Virus record (IMG/VR): IMGVR_UViG_3300033146_001635
Span: 30,584-94,583 of that record
DNA from: a virus
DNA length: 64,000 nucleotides
Reading direction: 5' to 3' (one strand)
Position 1 is the stretch's first letter, and every line of letters starts with the position of its first letter. Shown here piece by piece: positions 10,388-19,994 of the stretch. A model generated the notes under the pieces. The model ran no database searches, had not been told where the DNA came from, and saw only the letters and a list, made by a program, of their open reading frames with translations. The translations under genes and the position numbers were made by a program.

Positions 10388-11050
10388 TTAGAAAAATATA
10401 TACCAAATAAACAATAATTGGCGTGTATCTACTTTAACAACGGTGGGAAATGTTATACGAGAAAACATATGGAAAGGGCCGGTATGATTAGGTACAGGGC
10501 CATCAACAGCCGTAAATAACGCTGCTTCTGAAATCTGACTTCCATTTGCATCTCCAAGAGAGACTCTTGATACAGTTTTAACAATTAACCACGAATTGTT
10601 GTTATAACCATCTTGTTCAAATTCAATACTTTCAATAGGTTTTTTAAAATAAAATCCATCATGAAAATCACCACATGTAGAATCAATAGCACTAATGGGT
10701 AATTCATTATATAAATCAATATCCGTAGCCACAGGTGATGACGGATTAAAAGGATCACCTACATTAACACCACCTGAGCCGATACCAAACCATGATATAT
10801 ATTCAGCTGGATCTGTTAATACTTGGGTATTCTTTAAATTAAACATTCTCTGGGCAATTAATTCACGCCCCTGATAAACAACTAGATTGTGTTTACCTAA
10901 TAATTTTTCATTACCATTTTCATCTATTTCGAAAATTTCAACCCATCCTTGGGGTCTTCTCGCACCAGATACCTTATTAGAAAATGCATCGACTAAACAA
11001 TTATCACCATAAAAATCTTTGGCAACAATGTTATTTTTTAAATTTTTCAT
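10388..11050 (-). CDS. Putative baseplate/tail structural protein
   Basis: HNLVVYQGRELIA...FGIGSG...ISEAALF...FSRITFP pattern seen in myovirus baseplate/fibre-attachment proteins. Confidence 0.6.
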   Translation of the reverse strand: MKNLKNNIVAKDFYGDNCLVDAFSNKVSGARRPQGWVEIFEIDENGNEKLLGKHNLVVYQGRELIAQRMFNLKNTQVLTDPAEYISWFGIGSGGVNVGDPFNPSSPVATDIDLYNELPISAIDSTCGDFHDGFYFKKPIESIEFEQDGYNNNSWLIVKTVSRVSLGDANGSQISEAALFTAVDGPVPNHTGPFHMFSRITFPTVVKVDTRQLLFIWYIFF

Positions 11051-11088
11051 ATATTTCCGATACCTTTAGTAAAAATACAAAATAATAT

Positions 11089-11103
11089 TCATTTATATGT
11101 TCT
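11089..11103 (-). promoter_or_regulatory. Candidate late promoter RGAACATAWWAWYGA (one of 9 copies)
   Basis: AGAACATATAAATGA here; also at ~4437-4451, 15702-15716, 23416-23430, 27111-27125, 30429-30443, 47980-47994, 48573-48587, 53525-53539, all upstream of minus-strand genes. Confidence 0.7.
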
Positions 11104-11139
11104 CATTTTTTTTAAAAATTTGTAGTTTATATAATCAAT

Positions 11140-12945
11140 TTAATTATCAATAATTTGTATCATACAAATATCATTGGAATATTGTGTATCAAAACAACCA
11201 CCTTCATCAAAATTAGCAAACCCACCTGATTGAGCTGCAAAAAATTCGTTTGGTAAATTAGTAATCACAGATTCAACATATGCTTCTGGTGGTAAAAAAC
11301 CTTTTCGACATGTTAAAGGATCATATACATTATCTGTAAGATACATTTGAAATGCATCTGGTCTAACATCACATGCGCCCCCAATATCATAAAAAGATCC
11401 ACAATCATATGTATCTCTTGCATAATAAAAATTATCACTTTCATCACATGTTGAATCTATACAACATGGTTTACTATTACAAGTATCCCAATCTAATACA
11501 CATTCTTCAACTGAATCTATACCAAAATCTTCTACTATAATTGATTCTTTGTTTCTATCATCAACAACATATGCAATATCATATGAAAGTAATCTAGCAT
11601 GATATGGTTTAAAAAAATTAATCAAATCACCCAATTGATTCATTAATTCGGTTTTGCCAAACAACAAATATCCAATATTCGGCACACCTATTGAAACATA
11701 ACTCGCTACCCATTTCATCAAATCAGCTAAAATATCACCGATTAAAACAACTGGATCTTGTACCGAATATACTTTATTTAAATCATCATATAAATTTGGA
11801 TTAATAGCTTGTAAAACTTCGCCAGCTGAATTGGCATCAATTAAGAAATTATCCAATCTTAATCGATTAAACATATCATAAAAATAAGATTGATTTTCTA
11901 AAATGTCCTGTCTTGTATGTGGAATATCATTTAGATATTTATTAAATTCATCAACAATATTTAAATAATCTGCATTAGTGCCATCATAACAAGTAAAATA
12001 TTTACCATGATCTCCCAATAAAACAGATGTATCATAAATATCATTACTTGGATGTTTAATCGTTATTTCTTCACCATAATATTTATAATAAATATAAACA
12101 GCTGAAATATATGTTTCAAGAACTGACGCTGATGTAGTTACTGCATTAATATAAATTTCTTTATCAGGAATATTAGATATTGGATCACGCCTCCAATATG
12201 CATATTGATCCTGAATACGACGAGATAAAAATTGAATAAATTTAATATAATCATTTAAATTAATATAATGCCGTAATGAAAAATAAGGACTTTTGGTTGG
12301 TAAATGTAATCGAGAATTATTCTGCCCAAAAACAATAGATTCTTCAGATGTTAAATAATGTGGATCCCACCCAGTTGCTTCTTCATATTTTAAAATATCT
12401 GGTCTCGTACTATACCATTTACCCAAATGAGATGCAGATAATGAATGAAATTCAATTTTTTGAGAAGATATTCTTCTAAAAGTCATATATTCCAATAATT
12501 CTATGTTTTGGAATCCATAATATCTTAAAACATTTAAAAGAGTTCTAGGAGACCCTTTTTTCATATATAAATTAACTAAATCATAATAAAAATTAGCTTT
12601 ATTATAATTTACTCGGCTTCCATAAACACCTAATAATGGTGAAAATTCAAAACCACGGCTTCTAAATAATTCATCTAAATGTGCATCTGGTAATCCATAT
12701 ACATCTGATATATTTTTTTGAACTGATGTTAATGTTTTTAAAGATGAATACCAATCTATAAAAAATTTACGTAATCTCAAATATTCATCATCTGAAAAAC
12801 ATAATTGGTCAATAGTAGATATGAATAAATCATTTGTTTTTGATAAATCAGATTTCGCTATAGCTTGTGTTGTATCATTTAAATCAGAGGAATCACCTGA
12901 TTTAATATATTTAAAAACTTTCCAAAAATCTAAAATTTTCCACAT
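11140..12945 (-). CDS. Putative baseplate wedge protein (gp7/tail protein I-like)
   Basis: LVNLYMKKGSPRTLLNVLRYYG and INFFKPYHARL motifs; structural context. Confidence 0.6.
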   Translation of the reverse strand: MWKILDFWKVFKYIKSGDSSDLNDTTQAIAKSDLSKTNDLFISTIDQLCFSDDEYLRLRKFFIDWYSSLKTLTSVQKNISDVYGLPDAHLDELFRSRGFEFSPLLGVYGSRVNYNKANFYYDLVNLYMKKGSPRTLLNVLRYYGFQNIELLEYMTFRRISSQKIEFHSLSASHLGKWYSTRPDILKYEEATGWDPHYLTSEESIVFGQNNSRLHLPTKSPYFSLRHYINLNDYIKFIQFLSRRIQDQYAYWRRDPISNIPDKEIYINAVTTSASVLETYISAVYIYYKYYGEEITIKHPSNDIYDTSVLLGDHGKYFTCYDGTNADYLNIVDEFNKYLNDIPHTRQDILENQSYFYDMFNRLRLDNFLIDANSAGEVLQAINPNLYDDLNKVYSVQDPVVLIGDILADLMKWVASYVSIGVPNIGYLLFGKTELMNQLGDLINFFKPYHARLLSYDIAYVVDDRNKESIIVEDFGIDSVEECVLDWDTCNSKPCCIDSTCDESDNFYYARDTYDCGSFYDIGGACDVRPDAFQMYLTDNVYDPLTCRKGFLPPEAYVESVITNLPNEFFAAQSGGFANFDEGGCFDTQYSNDICMIQIIDN

Positions 12946-12964
12946 AATATATTATTATCCCCAT

Positions 12965-13723
12965 TTAAAGTTCTACATAATCAGGGCCGATTTCTACCAT
13001 ATATTGAAAAACATTATCAATAACATATATCTCATATAAATACTCAAATAGATATGTACCTATTGGGCCATCTTCCCAAGTATAAAATGAATAATCTAAA
13101 TTAATTTTTAAATTTAAATATATAAAAATAAGTTTTGATAATGATGTTACTAAATTAGAAAAATCAACTGTTAATATCCAATCTTTAGAACCAGGTAATT
13201 GAAATAAATTAGGAGGTTGATTAGAAACTTGTTGTAAAATCTGTACAGATGTTGAATCACATCTATAAATATTTAATGCATCCAACAAAACAAAATCATC
13301 ATGTTGTAATTGAAAAAAATTGGCTGCATTGGTAGAATCATCACAACATAAAGTTTCATCATGACTAATAGTATTTATATAATCAGATGATGTTGCATCA
13401 CATTGTTGATATAATAAATTAAAATTTGTAGAATCACAACATGGTAAAAAATATTTACTATGGGGATAAATTAATAGCCTATCTCTAATAGAAGTAGGCC
13501 ATGAACCCCAATCTTTTATATCTTTATAACAATGAGTATAATTTGGAAAATTCCAATCATCATCAAATAATAATCTTATAAAACTTCTACATTCAAAAAA
13601 ATGGTCATGATATATATCACCGGGAATTGGAACTTCATACCTATCCAACTGATTTGATTTCAAATATTTTGCAAAATATTGTTGCAAATCTGGAAATAAT
13701 TGTGCGGATGCTGGATATGACAT
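12965..13723 (-). CDS. Hypothetical protein, probable structural
   Basis: 252-aa ORF with repeated C-D-S-T-like motifs. Confidence 0.55.
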   Translation of the reverse strand: MSYPASAQLFPDLQQYFAKYLKSNQLDRYEVPIPGDIYHDHFFECRSFIRLLFDDDWNFPNYTHCYKDIKDWGSWPTSIRDRLLIYPHSKYFLPCCDSTNFNLLYQQCDATSSDYINTISHDETLCCDDSTNAANFFQLQHDDFVLLDALNIYRCDSTSVQILQQVSNQPPNLFQLPGSKDWILTVDFSNLVTSLSKLIFIYLNLKINLDYSFYTWEDGPIGTYLFEYLYEIYVIDNVFQYMVEIGPDYVEL

Positions 13724-14082
13724 TATTTTTTATTCTCTTTTCTAGGTAAACATTCTACAACATATTGTGCGCCTTCTGATGATATATTTTCTTGCCCAGG
13801 TTGAACATTTAAATATTCTTCCTGTTTTCTGCCCATACCATCAAAGAAATAAATATCAATAGGAAATTTCATACCAACTGTATGAAATGACATTTCCATT
13901 CACGACGGATATGCAAATATATAAGCTGTATCATATGGAATTGAATCATATTTTAATAAACCTTCGTCAAAATCTTCTAACTCGATAATTTCTATATTAT
14001 CAAATTGTTCAAGAAATTTATCAAAATCTGATACATTTTGTATATGTTTTATATAAGCTTCGAATAAAGAAGTTCGTTTCAT
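13723..14082 (-). pseudogene. DUF192-like gene interrupted by an in-frame TGA (13900-13902)
   Basis: GLLKYDSIPYDTAYIFAYPS*MEMSFHTVGMKFPIDIYFFD...AQYVVE is one continuous frame resembling DUF192. Confidence 0.65.
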
Positions 14083-14083
14083 A

Positions 14084-14956
14084 TTATCCTCTTTTTATTT
14101 TCATAATTTTCTCATCTATCTTCTTTTTAAAAGTATTTGGATCTGTTGTTTTTGTAGCCATTGATTTTGCTCTATTTAATTGACTTATTTGAGCCTGTTT
14201 AGCTTTGTTCACATCCCCTGTTTTGTTTTTCCACATTTTATAAGCTGCATAAGCTAAAGCTGATGCCGCAGCAACACCTAATCCTATTTTTAAATTTTGC
14301 CCATGATTATGCATAAAAAAATCTTTAAAATTATGCATTGCTGTTTGAAATCCACCACTATCAGCTTTGGGATTTTGTTTTGGTTCATCATCTAATTTAC
14401 TCATATCAATTCTGGTTATATTATCAGGTCTGGCTGCATCTTTCATAATTTTTTCATATTCATCTCGTGTTACCGGTGTACCATCTGGGTGTCTAGGAAT
14501 ATTATGTGAACCTTTTTGTGGTGTAAAATATGTTTCCCTATTTTTTGGTGTAAAATATGTTTCTTTTTTTGCAGGTGTAAAATATGTATTTCTATTTTTT
14601 GGTGTAAAATATGTTTCTTTTTTTGCAGGTGTAAAATATGTATTTCTATTTTTTGGTGTAAAAAAAGTTTCACGTTCATATAAATATTTTTTATAACTAT
14701 TACTATCAGATTCTATTATAAAATTTAAATTTTCTTGCATATAATCAGAATATTTAGATATTAAACATTCGACATACAATTGCTTGTTTTTAATTTGTTC
14801 TGGAATTGCTTTACCAGTCATATATAATGATATAACATCACCATCTGACATTTCTAACATAATTTTGTTTATAAGTGTATCATTTAATTTTTCTTTTAAA
14901 ATATTACATAAATTCAATCTCAATTCTGATATAAAATACATAGATATGGTATCCAT
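14084..14956 (-). CDS. TM paralog without Cys pairs, with internal 9-aa repeats
   Basis: N-terminal similarity to 5254/6421 (SDGDVISLYMTGK), hydrophobic helix, KTTDPNTFKKKI tail. Confidence 0.7.
   Translation of the reverse strand: MDTISMYFISELRLNLCNILKEKLNDTLINKIMLEMSDGDVISLYMTGKAIPEQIKNKQLYVECLISKYSDYMQENLNFIIESDSNSYKKYLYERETFFTPKNRNTYFTPAKKETYFTPKNRNTYFTPAKKETYFTPKNRETYFTPQKGSHNIPRHPDGTPVTRDEYEKIMKDAARPDNITRIDMSKLDDEPKQNPKADSGGFQTAMHNFKDFFMHNHGQNLKIGLGVAAASALAYAAYKMWKNKTGDVNKAKQAQISQLNRAKSMATKTTDPNTFKKKIDEKIMKIKRG
14510..14671 (-). repeat. Coding tandem repeat, 6 x 27 bp ((E/N)T(Y/F)FTPxxx)
   Basis: GGTGTAAAATATGT core repeated every 27 bp. Confidence 0.9.
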
Positions 14957-14972
14957 AATAAAATCCTTATAT

Positions 14973-15668
14973 TTAAATTGCCAAAACTTTTGTAATTTCT
15001 TCTATAGATTTACAATATGCTGCTATAAGAGCAGCTTCATTAATTGGATCTAAAAAATATTCCAGCTCATTTGAATTATCAATAAAAAACGGTTCTGCAA
15101 TAACACAAGGAGCCTTTGTATATTTTAGTAAATATCCACCTCTATCTTCAACAGTCAACGGAACAATACCTCTATCCCTAGATTCAATTGAATCTGGTTT
15201 AATTGATAAAAGATTTTTTTGAAGTATTGTTGCCATTGTTAAACCCAACCACGATTTATAATAATATAAAACCTCGCACCCTTTAGCTTTGGTATTAAAA
15301 GCATTACAATGTAAACTAATAATAAAATCTGGATTCAATTCATTAATATCATTTGGCAATGATTTATATGTCCGACGATAAATTCTTTGAATTATAATAT
15401 CACTATCATAAAATCTTTTTTCTATTCCCAAAGCAATTTTTTCATTAAATTCGAATTCATATATGTCATGATCTATATTATATGCACCGGGTGATGTTTT
15501 TTTATGACCAATTACCAAAGCGCAAGTTATCAATTCTTTATCTGTTTGATTTTTTGAATCGACCATTTTTTTCATTTCCTCTTGTATAGCAACTGTTTTT
15601 ATTTTTTCTTGCCACCACAATGATGTAAAATTATTAAAAAGTGTTTTAATAAAACTAAACATATTCAA
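14973..15668 (-). CDS. N-acetylmuramoyl-L-alanine amidase (Amidase_3), probable endolysin
   Basis: IGH...E...ISLHCNA...VIAEPFFIDN Zn-amidase motifs. Confidence 0.9.
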   Translation of the reverse strand: MNMFSFIKTLFNNFTSLWWQEKIKTVAIQEEMKKMVDSKNQTDKELITCALVIGHKKTSPGAYNIDHDIYEFEFNEKIALGIEKRFYDSDIIIQRIYRRTYKSLPNDINELNPDFIISLHCNAFNTKAKGCEVLYYYKSWLGLTMATILQKNLLSIKPDSIESRDRGIVPLTVEDRGGYLLKYTKAPCVIAEPFFIDNSNELEYFLDPINEAALIAAYCKSIEEITKVLAI

Positions 15669-15797
15669 CGTACCTCGATTAATTTAATAAATTATATTAC
15701 TTCAATAATATGTTCCCATATTTATAATAAAATACGAAGATTATATATATTATATATTAGAATAAAATAACTTTTAATTTTACACAGGAGGAATGAA

Positions 15798-16451
15798 ATG
15801 GAAAAAAAACAAGAAGAAGAAAAACCGTTTTTTACACATGATTGTAAAAAATGTATCTTTCTTGGAAATTTAATTCATAAAGACAAATATAGAAATTTAA
15901 ATGAGGCTCAGTTTGATTTATATTTTTGCCCATCAAATCATAGAAATAGTTTGGGTAATACCCTAATTGCTAGATATGATAATGATGGCCCAGAATATAT
16001 GTCAGGATTTGAATTTGCATTATCTGGTGTGAATCCAATTTTAATAGAAGCTTTTAATAGAGCTTCAAAAAGAAATTTATTAAATAAACCAATAATATAT
16101 GTAAATCCTGTATTATTGAATTTATATTTAGATGATTTAGCAAATGATTCAATTAAACAAAAAATACCAACTGTGAAACAAGCAATTCTAAAATATTACA
16201 AATATATATATAATATATTCTATCCTGATTTATGGGATAGAATTGATAATTTAATTGGATGCCCTGTGGGAGAAATTGAAGTTGTAACAAAATTTAATAA
16301 TTTTATAAAAAATACATATCAAGATATTACATCATCTACAGATATTATTATGTCTTTAATAAATTATGGAATGAAACAATCAACTGATACTACAGAATTA
16401 AAAAATAATGAAATTCAGTTGGCTTTATTTACATTGAAACAAAAAGAATAA
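15798..16451 (+). CDS. Hypothetical protein
   Basis: 217-aa ORF, AGGAGG RBS. Confidence 0.7.
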   Translation: MEKKQEEEKPFFTHDCKKCIFLGNLIHKDKYRNLNEAQFDLYFCPSNHRNSLGNTLIARYDNDGPEYMSGFEFALSGVNPILIEAFNRASKRNLLNKPIIYVNPVLLNLYLDDLANDSIKQKIPTVKQAILKYYKYIYNIFYPDLWDRIDNLIGCPVGEIEVVTKFNNFIKNTYQDITSSTDIIMSLINYGMKQSTDTTELKNNEIQLALFTLKQKE

Positions 16452-16464
16452 TTTCATCATCGTC

Positions 16465-16962
16465 ATGAATATTTTAGAAGATTATGAAATTATATCAGAA
16501 GTAGAATTACAATATTTTTTAAAAGATTATAGTGCTGTAATTAAACTAGTTAAACCAGTTGCTATAAAACAAAATATAAAATATTTTTCTACTAATGATA
16601 TTAAAACAATCCAAAATAAAATTGAAGGGAGTGTTAAACCACCTCTTATTAATAAAGAGGATCTTAAAAATATATATCGGGAATTAGCAAAACCACAATA
16701 CAACTTCAAGTTTAAAAATTTTAATTTAAAAAAAGTACGTCGAAAAGCAATTCAATATTTAAATAAAAGAACAAATATAAAAAGAAAAAATGAAGGAATT
16801 ATACGAACATTTGTTATTAATAGAATTCGTCATAAGTATACAAATTATGATGAATTAGTAACTCTTATATCAAAAAATAATAATATTAATGCTATTTTAA
16901 AAAATGAAATGATAAAAATTTTAAAAAAAAGAATCAATACATATATAACAAGGCAATTATAA
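16465..16962 (+). CDS. Basic protein with DUF2293-like motif
   Basis: IRHKYTNYDEL matches RHxxTxYDxL. Confidence 0.55.
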   Translation: MNILEDYEIISEVELQYFLKDYSAVIKLVKPVAIKQNIKYFSTNDIKTIQNKIEGSVKPPLINKEDLKNIYRELAKPQYNFKFKNFNLKKVRRKAIQYLNKRTNIKRKNEGIIRTFVINRIRHKYTNYDELVTLISKNNNINAILKNEMIKILKKRINTYITRQL

Positions 16963-17012
16963 AAATTTCCTCTCTATATTACATTGAAAAAAATATAGAG
17001 AGGAAATTTTTT
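16963..17012. terminator. Bidirectional intrinsic terminator
   Basis: AAAATTTCCTCTCTATATT / AATATAGAGAGGAAATTTT between convergent genes. Confidence 0.8.
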
Positions 17013-17801
17013 TCAACTTAATCCAAATAAAGCAATTGTATTAAAAGACATATGTAATAAAACGGCAACAACATAACCAAGAAACGAATGATCGATTTTA
17101 ATAAATTCAGTTTGTATTTTTGCCAAACCCATATGAAGTATAACCCAAATTATTCGAGCAATTAATAAACAAACTGTTAAATTACCATGAATAACCCAAT
17201 TCATTATATAATAAAAAAATTCAGCAGATGCAAATATAAATGTATATGTCAAACCAGCTTTAATATTGGATTCTAAAAACCAATGTTTAGCATATTCTTC
17301 TATTATGGGACCTATTAATAACACAGCTATATATGTAGCCAAAGGAGGATTTTTGGTTAAAATTGTTATCACTACAAAAGCTAAAGTATTTAAATAAAAT
17401 ATTAAAACGAATACTGCAATTGATGCACCAAAAGTATCTGCAAATGTATTAAATGATTCACCAACAGCATCATCTAAATTTTTAAAAATTTTATTTTTAA
17501 TATTTTCAGAAAATTTTGATGGTGGTATTTTTTGTTTATACGCTTTTTTTAAATCAATTGATATAGTTTTACCAATTTTTTTAGCTTGTAAAGAAATCCT
17601 ATTTATATTAATATTATTCTTTTTTAAATAAGATTTTATAAGATTATTATATTGTTTATATTCTGTAATTGCTTTTTTAACATTAATTTCTTTAATTATT
17701 TTTTTTATTTTATCTGGTAATTCAATTGAATCTTCTATTTTATTTAAAAAATCAAACTCTAATAAATCTATTTCATTTTTATTAATAAATATAAAACTCA
17801 T
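17013..17801 (-). CDS. PrsW/CPBP-family intramembrane metalloprotease with soluble N-terminal extension
   Basis: GPIIEEYAK, FASAE, LHMG, LLHMSFN motifs in a multi-TM domain. Confidence 0.7.
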   Translation of the reverse strand: MSFIFINKNEIDLLEFDFLNKIEDSIELPDKIKKIIKEINVKKAITEYKQYNNLIKSYLKKNNININRISLQAKKIGKTISIDLKKAYKQKIPPSKFSENIKNKIFKNLDDAVGESFNTFADTFGASIAVFVLIFYLNTLAFVVITILTKNPPLATYIAVLLIGPIIEEYAKHWFLESNIKAGLTYTFIFASAEFFYYIMNWVIHGNLTVCLLIARIIWVILHMGLAKIQTEFIKIDHSFLGYVVAVLLHMSFNTIALFGLS

Positions 17802-17808
17802 TATTAAT

Positions 17809-18279
17809 CTACCTTATATATAACTTTTTTAAAATTTGAATTTTTTCATTATTATTTTTAATATTTTCTTTTAAATCATTAATTTTTTTATCAATTTGTT
17901 TTGTATTTTTACCTTTTTTTTGATATTCCTTTTTTATTTGTAAAAGTATTTTTATTTTTTTATTAGTAAAATCAATTTTGCTTTGTAAAATACATATATC
18001 TCTATCATTTGATATAGTAAAAATACCACATTTTTTCTGGTGTTCACTAAATGCTGCTAAAGCTATCCTCCAAGCAACCCATATATAAGGTTGAAAAATA
18101 AAAAAACCTAATATATTACCCGCCACACCTGCCTCTTGAATATATTTATCAAGATTTAGTCTCTTACATAACAAATCTATTTTAGAATCAGGTAAATTTT
18201 TAATTAATTCTGGTTTAATTTTTTTTGAATATGATTCACATAAATTTATTAAAATAAATCTTTTTCTATCAATATCCAT
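17809..18279 (-). CDS. TM + Cys-motif paralog
   Basis: YIQE, hydrophobic segment, CGIFTISNDRDIC, basic coiled coil. Confidence 0.65.
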   Translation of the reverse strand: MDIDRKRFILINLCESYSKKIKPELIKNLPDSKIDLLCKRLNLDKYIQEAGVAGNILGFFIFQPYIWVAWRIALAAFSEHQKKCGIFTISNDRDICILQSKIDFTNKKIKILLQIKKEYQKKGKNTKQIDKKINDLKENIKNNNEKIQILKKLYIR

Positions 18280-18293
18280 TTTATAAAATTCCC

Positions 18294-18824
18294 TTATAGG
18301 TCATATTCATATTCGTTAATATATTTTTGAGTTATTAATTGATAAGTAACCAAAATGAAAAACCAAAAAAGAGGTATTAATAAAATACCTTTAATTGTAA
18401 TAATTAATAATAATGTACCCATAAAAGCTATAATAAAAAGAGCTATAACTGATAAAATTAATTTACCTTCACTAAAACGGTTTTTTATATCATATTGTGA
18501 TAATTCTTTTTTAATATCATTGCCAATTGATTTAATAAATTTTTTAGCATTATTCATATTAGCATCTGATAATTTTTCTATTTTTATTTTATTTTTATAT
18601 TTGTTAACAATTTTATTAATTATTTTATCTATTGTTTGTTGATTAAATCCATTTCTTTTTAATTTATCAATAGCTTTATCTTTATTTGATAACAATTTAT
18701 TTTTCATATCTACCATTGACATTGAAGCTAATTTATTTTGAAATGATGATATTAAATTTTCATGAAATAATATATTTACATCTTCTGATAAATAAATATA
18801 TTCTTCAATTAAGTATATATTCAT
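18294..18824 (-). CDS. Membrane protein with (I/L)xE-rich leader
   Basis: YLIEE, YLSE, LFHE leader; two C-terminal TM helices. Confidence 0.65.
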   Translation of the reverse strand: MNIYLIEEYIYLSEDVNILFHENLISSFQNKLASMSMVDMKNKLLSNKDKAIDKLKRNGFNQQTIDKIINKIVNKYKNKIKIEKLSDANMNNAKKFIKSIGNDIKKELSQYDIKNRFSEGKLILSVIALFIIAFMGTLLLIITIKGILLIPLFWFFILVTYQLITQKYINEYEYDL

Positions 18825-19231
18825 ACTTCAACACCTTTTATTTCTCTATTGATAAAATTTATACATGATTCTACATCTTTAAATATATAATCTGAATTAC
18901 CAATGATCCAAGGATCATTTGAAACTATTGGATTATTTGAAATAATTAAAACATGTTTGTTATTATCAAAAGCATAACACACTTCCATAATTGTGCCAGC
19001 TGTGAATTTTTCTATTTTAGCAACTAATACATCACATGATAATATTAATAATTTATCAGTTTCTACTAATCTATCTGGACGTAATTTCTGATTAACTAAT
19101 TCAAAAGGATTAATTAATTCTACGTGTATAGACCCTTTATAATGATTTTTAAAAATTTCTCGATATTCAGATTCAATAATATTACCAGCTAAATAAATTC
19201 GTTTAGACAATCTCAATTGCATATCTCCCAT
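18821..19231 (-). CDS. Nucleoside 2-deoxyribosyltransferase-like protein
   Basis: IYLAG...INPF...DKLLILSCD...GTIMEVCYA. Confidence 0.75.
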   Translation of the reverse strand: MGDMQLRLSKRIYLAGNIIESEYREIFKNHYKGSIHVELINPFELVNQKLRPDRLVETDKLLILSCDVLVAKIEKFTAGTIMEVCYAFDNNKHVLIISNNPIVSNDPWIIGNSDYIFKDVESCINFINREIKGVEV

Positions 19232-19760
19232 AGCTATCTAATGTAGAATCCTGTAAATTATTAATATTTAAATTATTTTCAGTACAATAATTAATGACAC
19301 TATTATGATATTCTATATTATGCATATCATCTACAATCATAACACCATTTTTTCTTTTATATGTTAATATTTCAGGGAAGCGTGAAAATCTATTAGAAGT
19401 AGCATCCATATCATATAAAATTAAATCTTGTTTATATTTTTTTAATTCTATAAAATCATCAAAAAGATATAAATTATCCGTATTCAATTTTGATCTTTCT
19501 AAAAATAATTTTGTAGTATCCAACCATGTTTTTGAAGTATCAACAGTTGTTATAATAGCATTTTGATTAATTTCTTTTTGATAAAAACGAAATAACCATG
19601 AACTAAATCCACTTCCTAAATCCAAAATTTTAGTAGGCTTGTTATTAACTAAATAATACCATAAATAATTAGTTAATTCACTTGATATAGCCATTACTTT
19701 ATTTGAATATATAGATGTATAAATTTTATGTTTTTTTCGTATTTTTTTAGATGCTTTCAT
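19203..19760 (-). CDS. Class I SAM-dependent methyltransferase
   Basis: ILDLGSGFSS, DLILYD, GVMIVDD. Confidence 0.8.
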   Translation of the reverse strand: MKASKKIRKKHKIYTSIYSNKVMAISSELTNYLWYYLVNNKPTKILDLGSGFSSWLFRFYQKEINQNAIITTVDTSKTWLDTTKLFLERSKLNTDNLYLFDDFIELKKYKQDLILYDMDATSNRFSRFPEILTYKRKNGVMIVDDMHNIEYHNSVINYCTENNLNINNLQDSTLDSYGRYAIEIV

Positions 19761-19762
19761 AA

Positions 19763-19936
19763 TTATATAGTCTCACTTAAAATAGTTCTACCATCCGTTG
19801 ATTTTGGGGTATATTGATTATTTTCATTGATATTTTGTTTAACACAATCACATTCTTTAACATATGGAGAATTAACTTTTCCACATAAAGGGCATTGCCA
19901 TCCTTTATTATTTTCTGATAAATTATTTTTATCCAT
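19763..19936 (-). CDS. Small Zn-ribbon protein (57 aa)
   Basis: Manual translation, below ORF-track cutoff: GWQCPLCGKVNSPYVKECDC; GGAG RBS. Confidence 0.65.
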   Translation of the reverse strand: MDKNNLSENNKGWQCPLCGKVNSPYVKECDCVKQNINENNQYTPKSTDGRTILSETI

Positions 19937-19952
19937 AACAAAACTCCATTGA

Positions 19953-19989
19953 AAGGGGTTGGGTTAAATAAAAATTAACCCAACCCCTT
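19953..19989 (-). terminator. Intrinsic terminator
   Basis: AAGGGGTTGGGTTAA / TTAACCCAACCCCTT. Confidence 0.75.
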
Positions 19990-19994
19990 ATACA

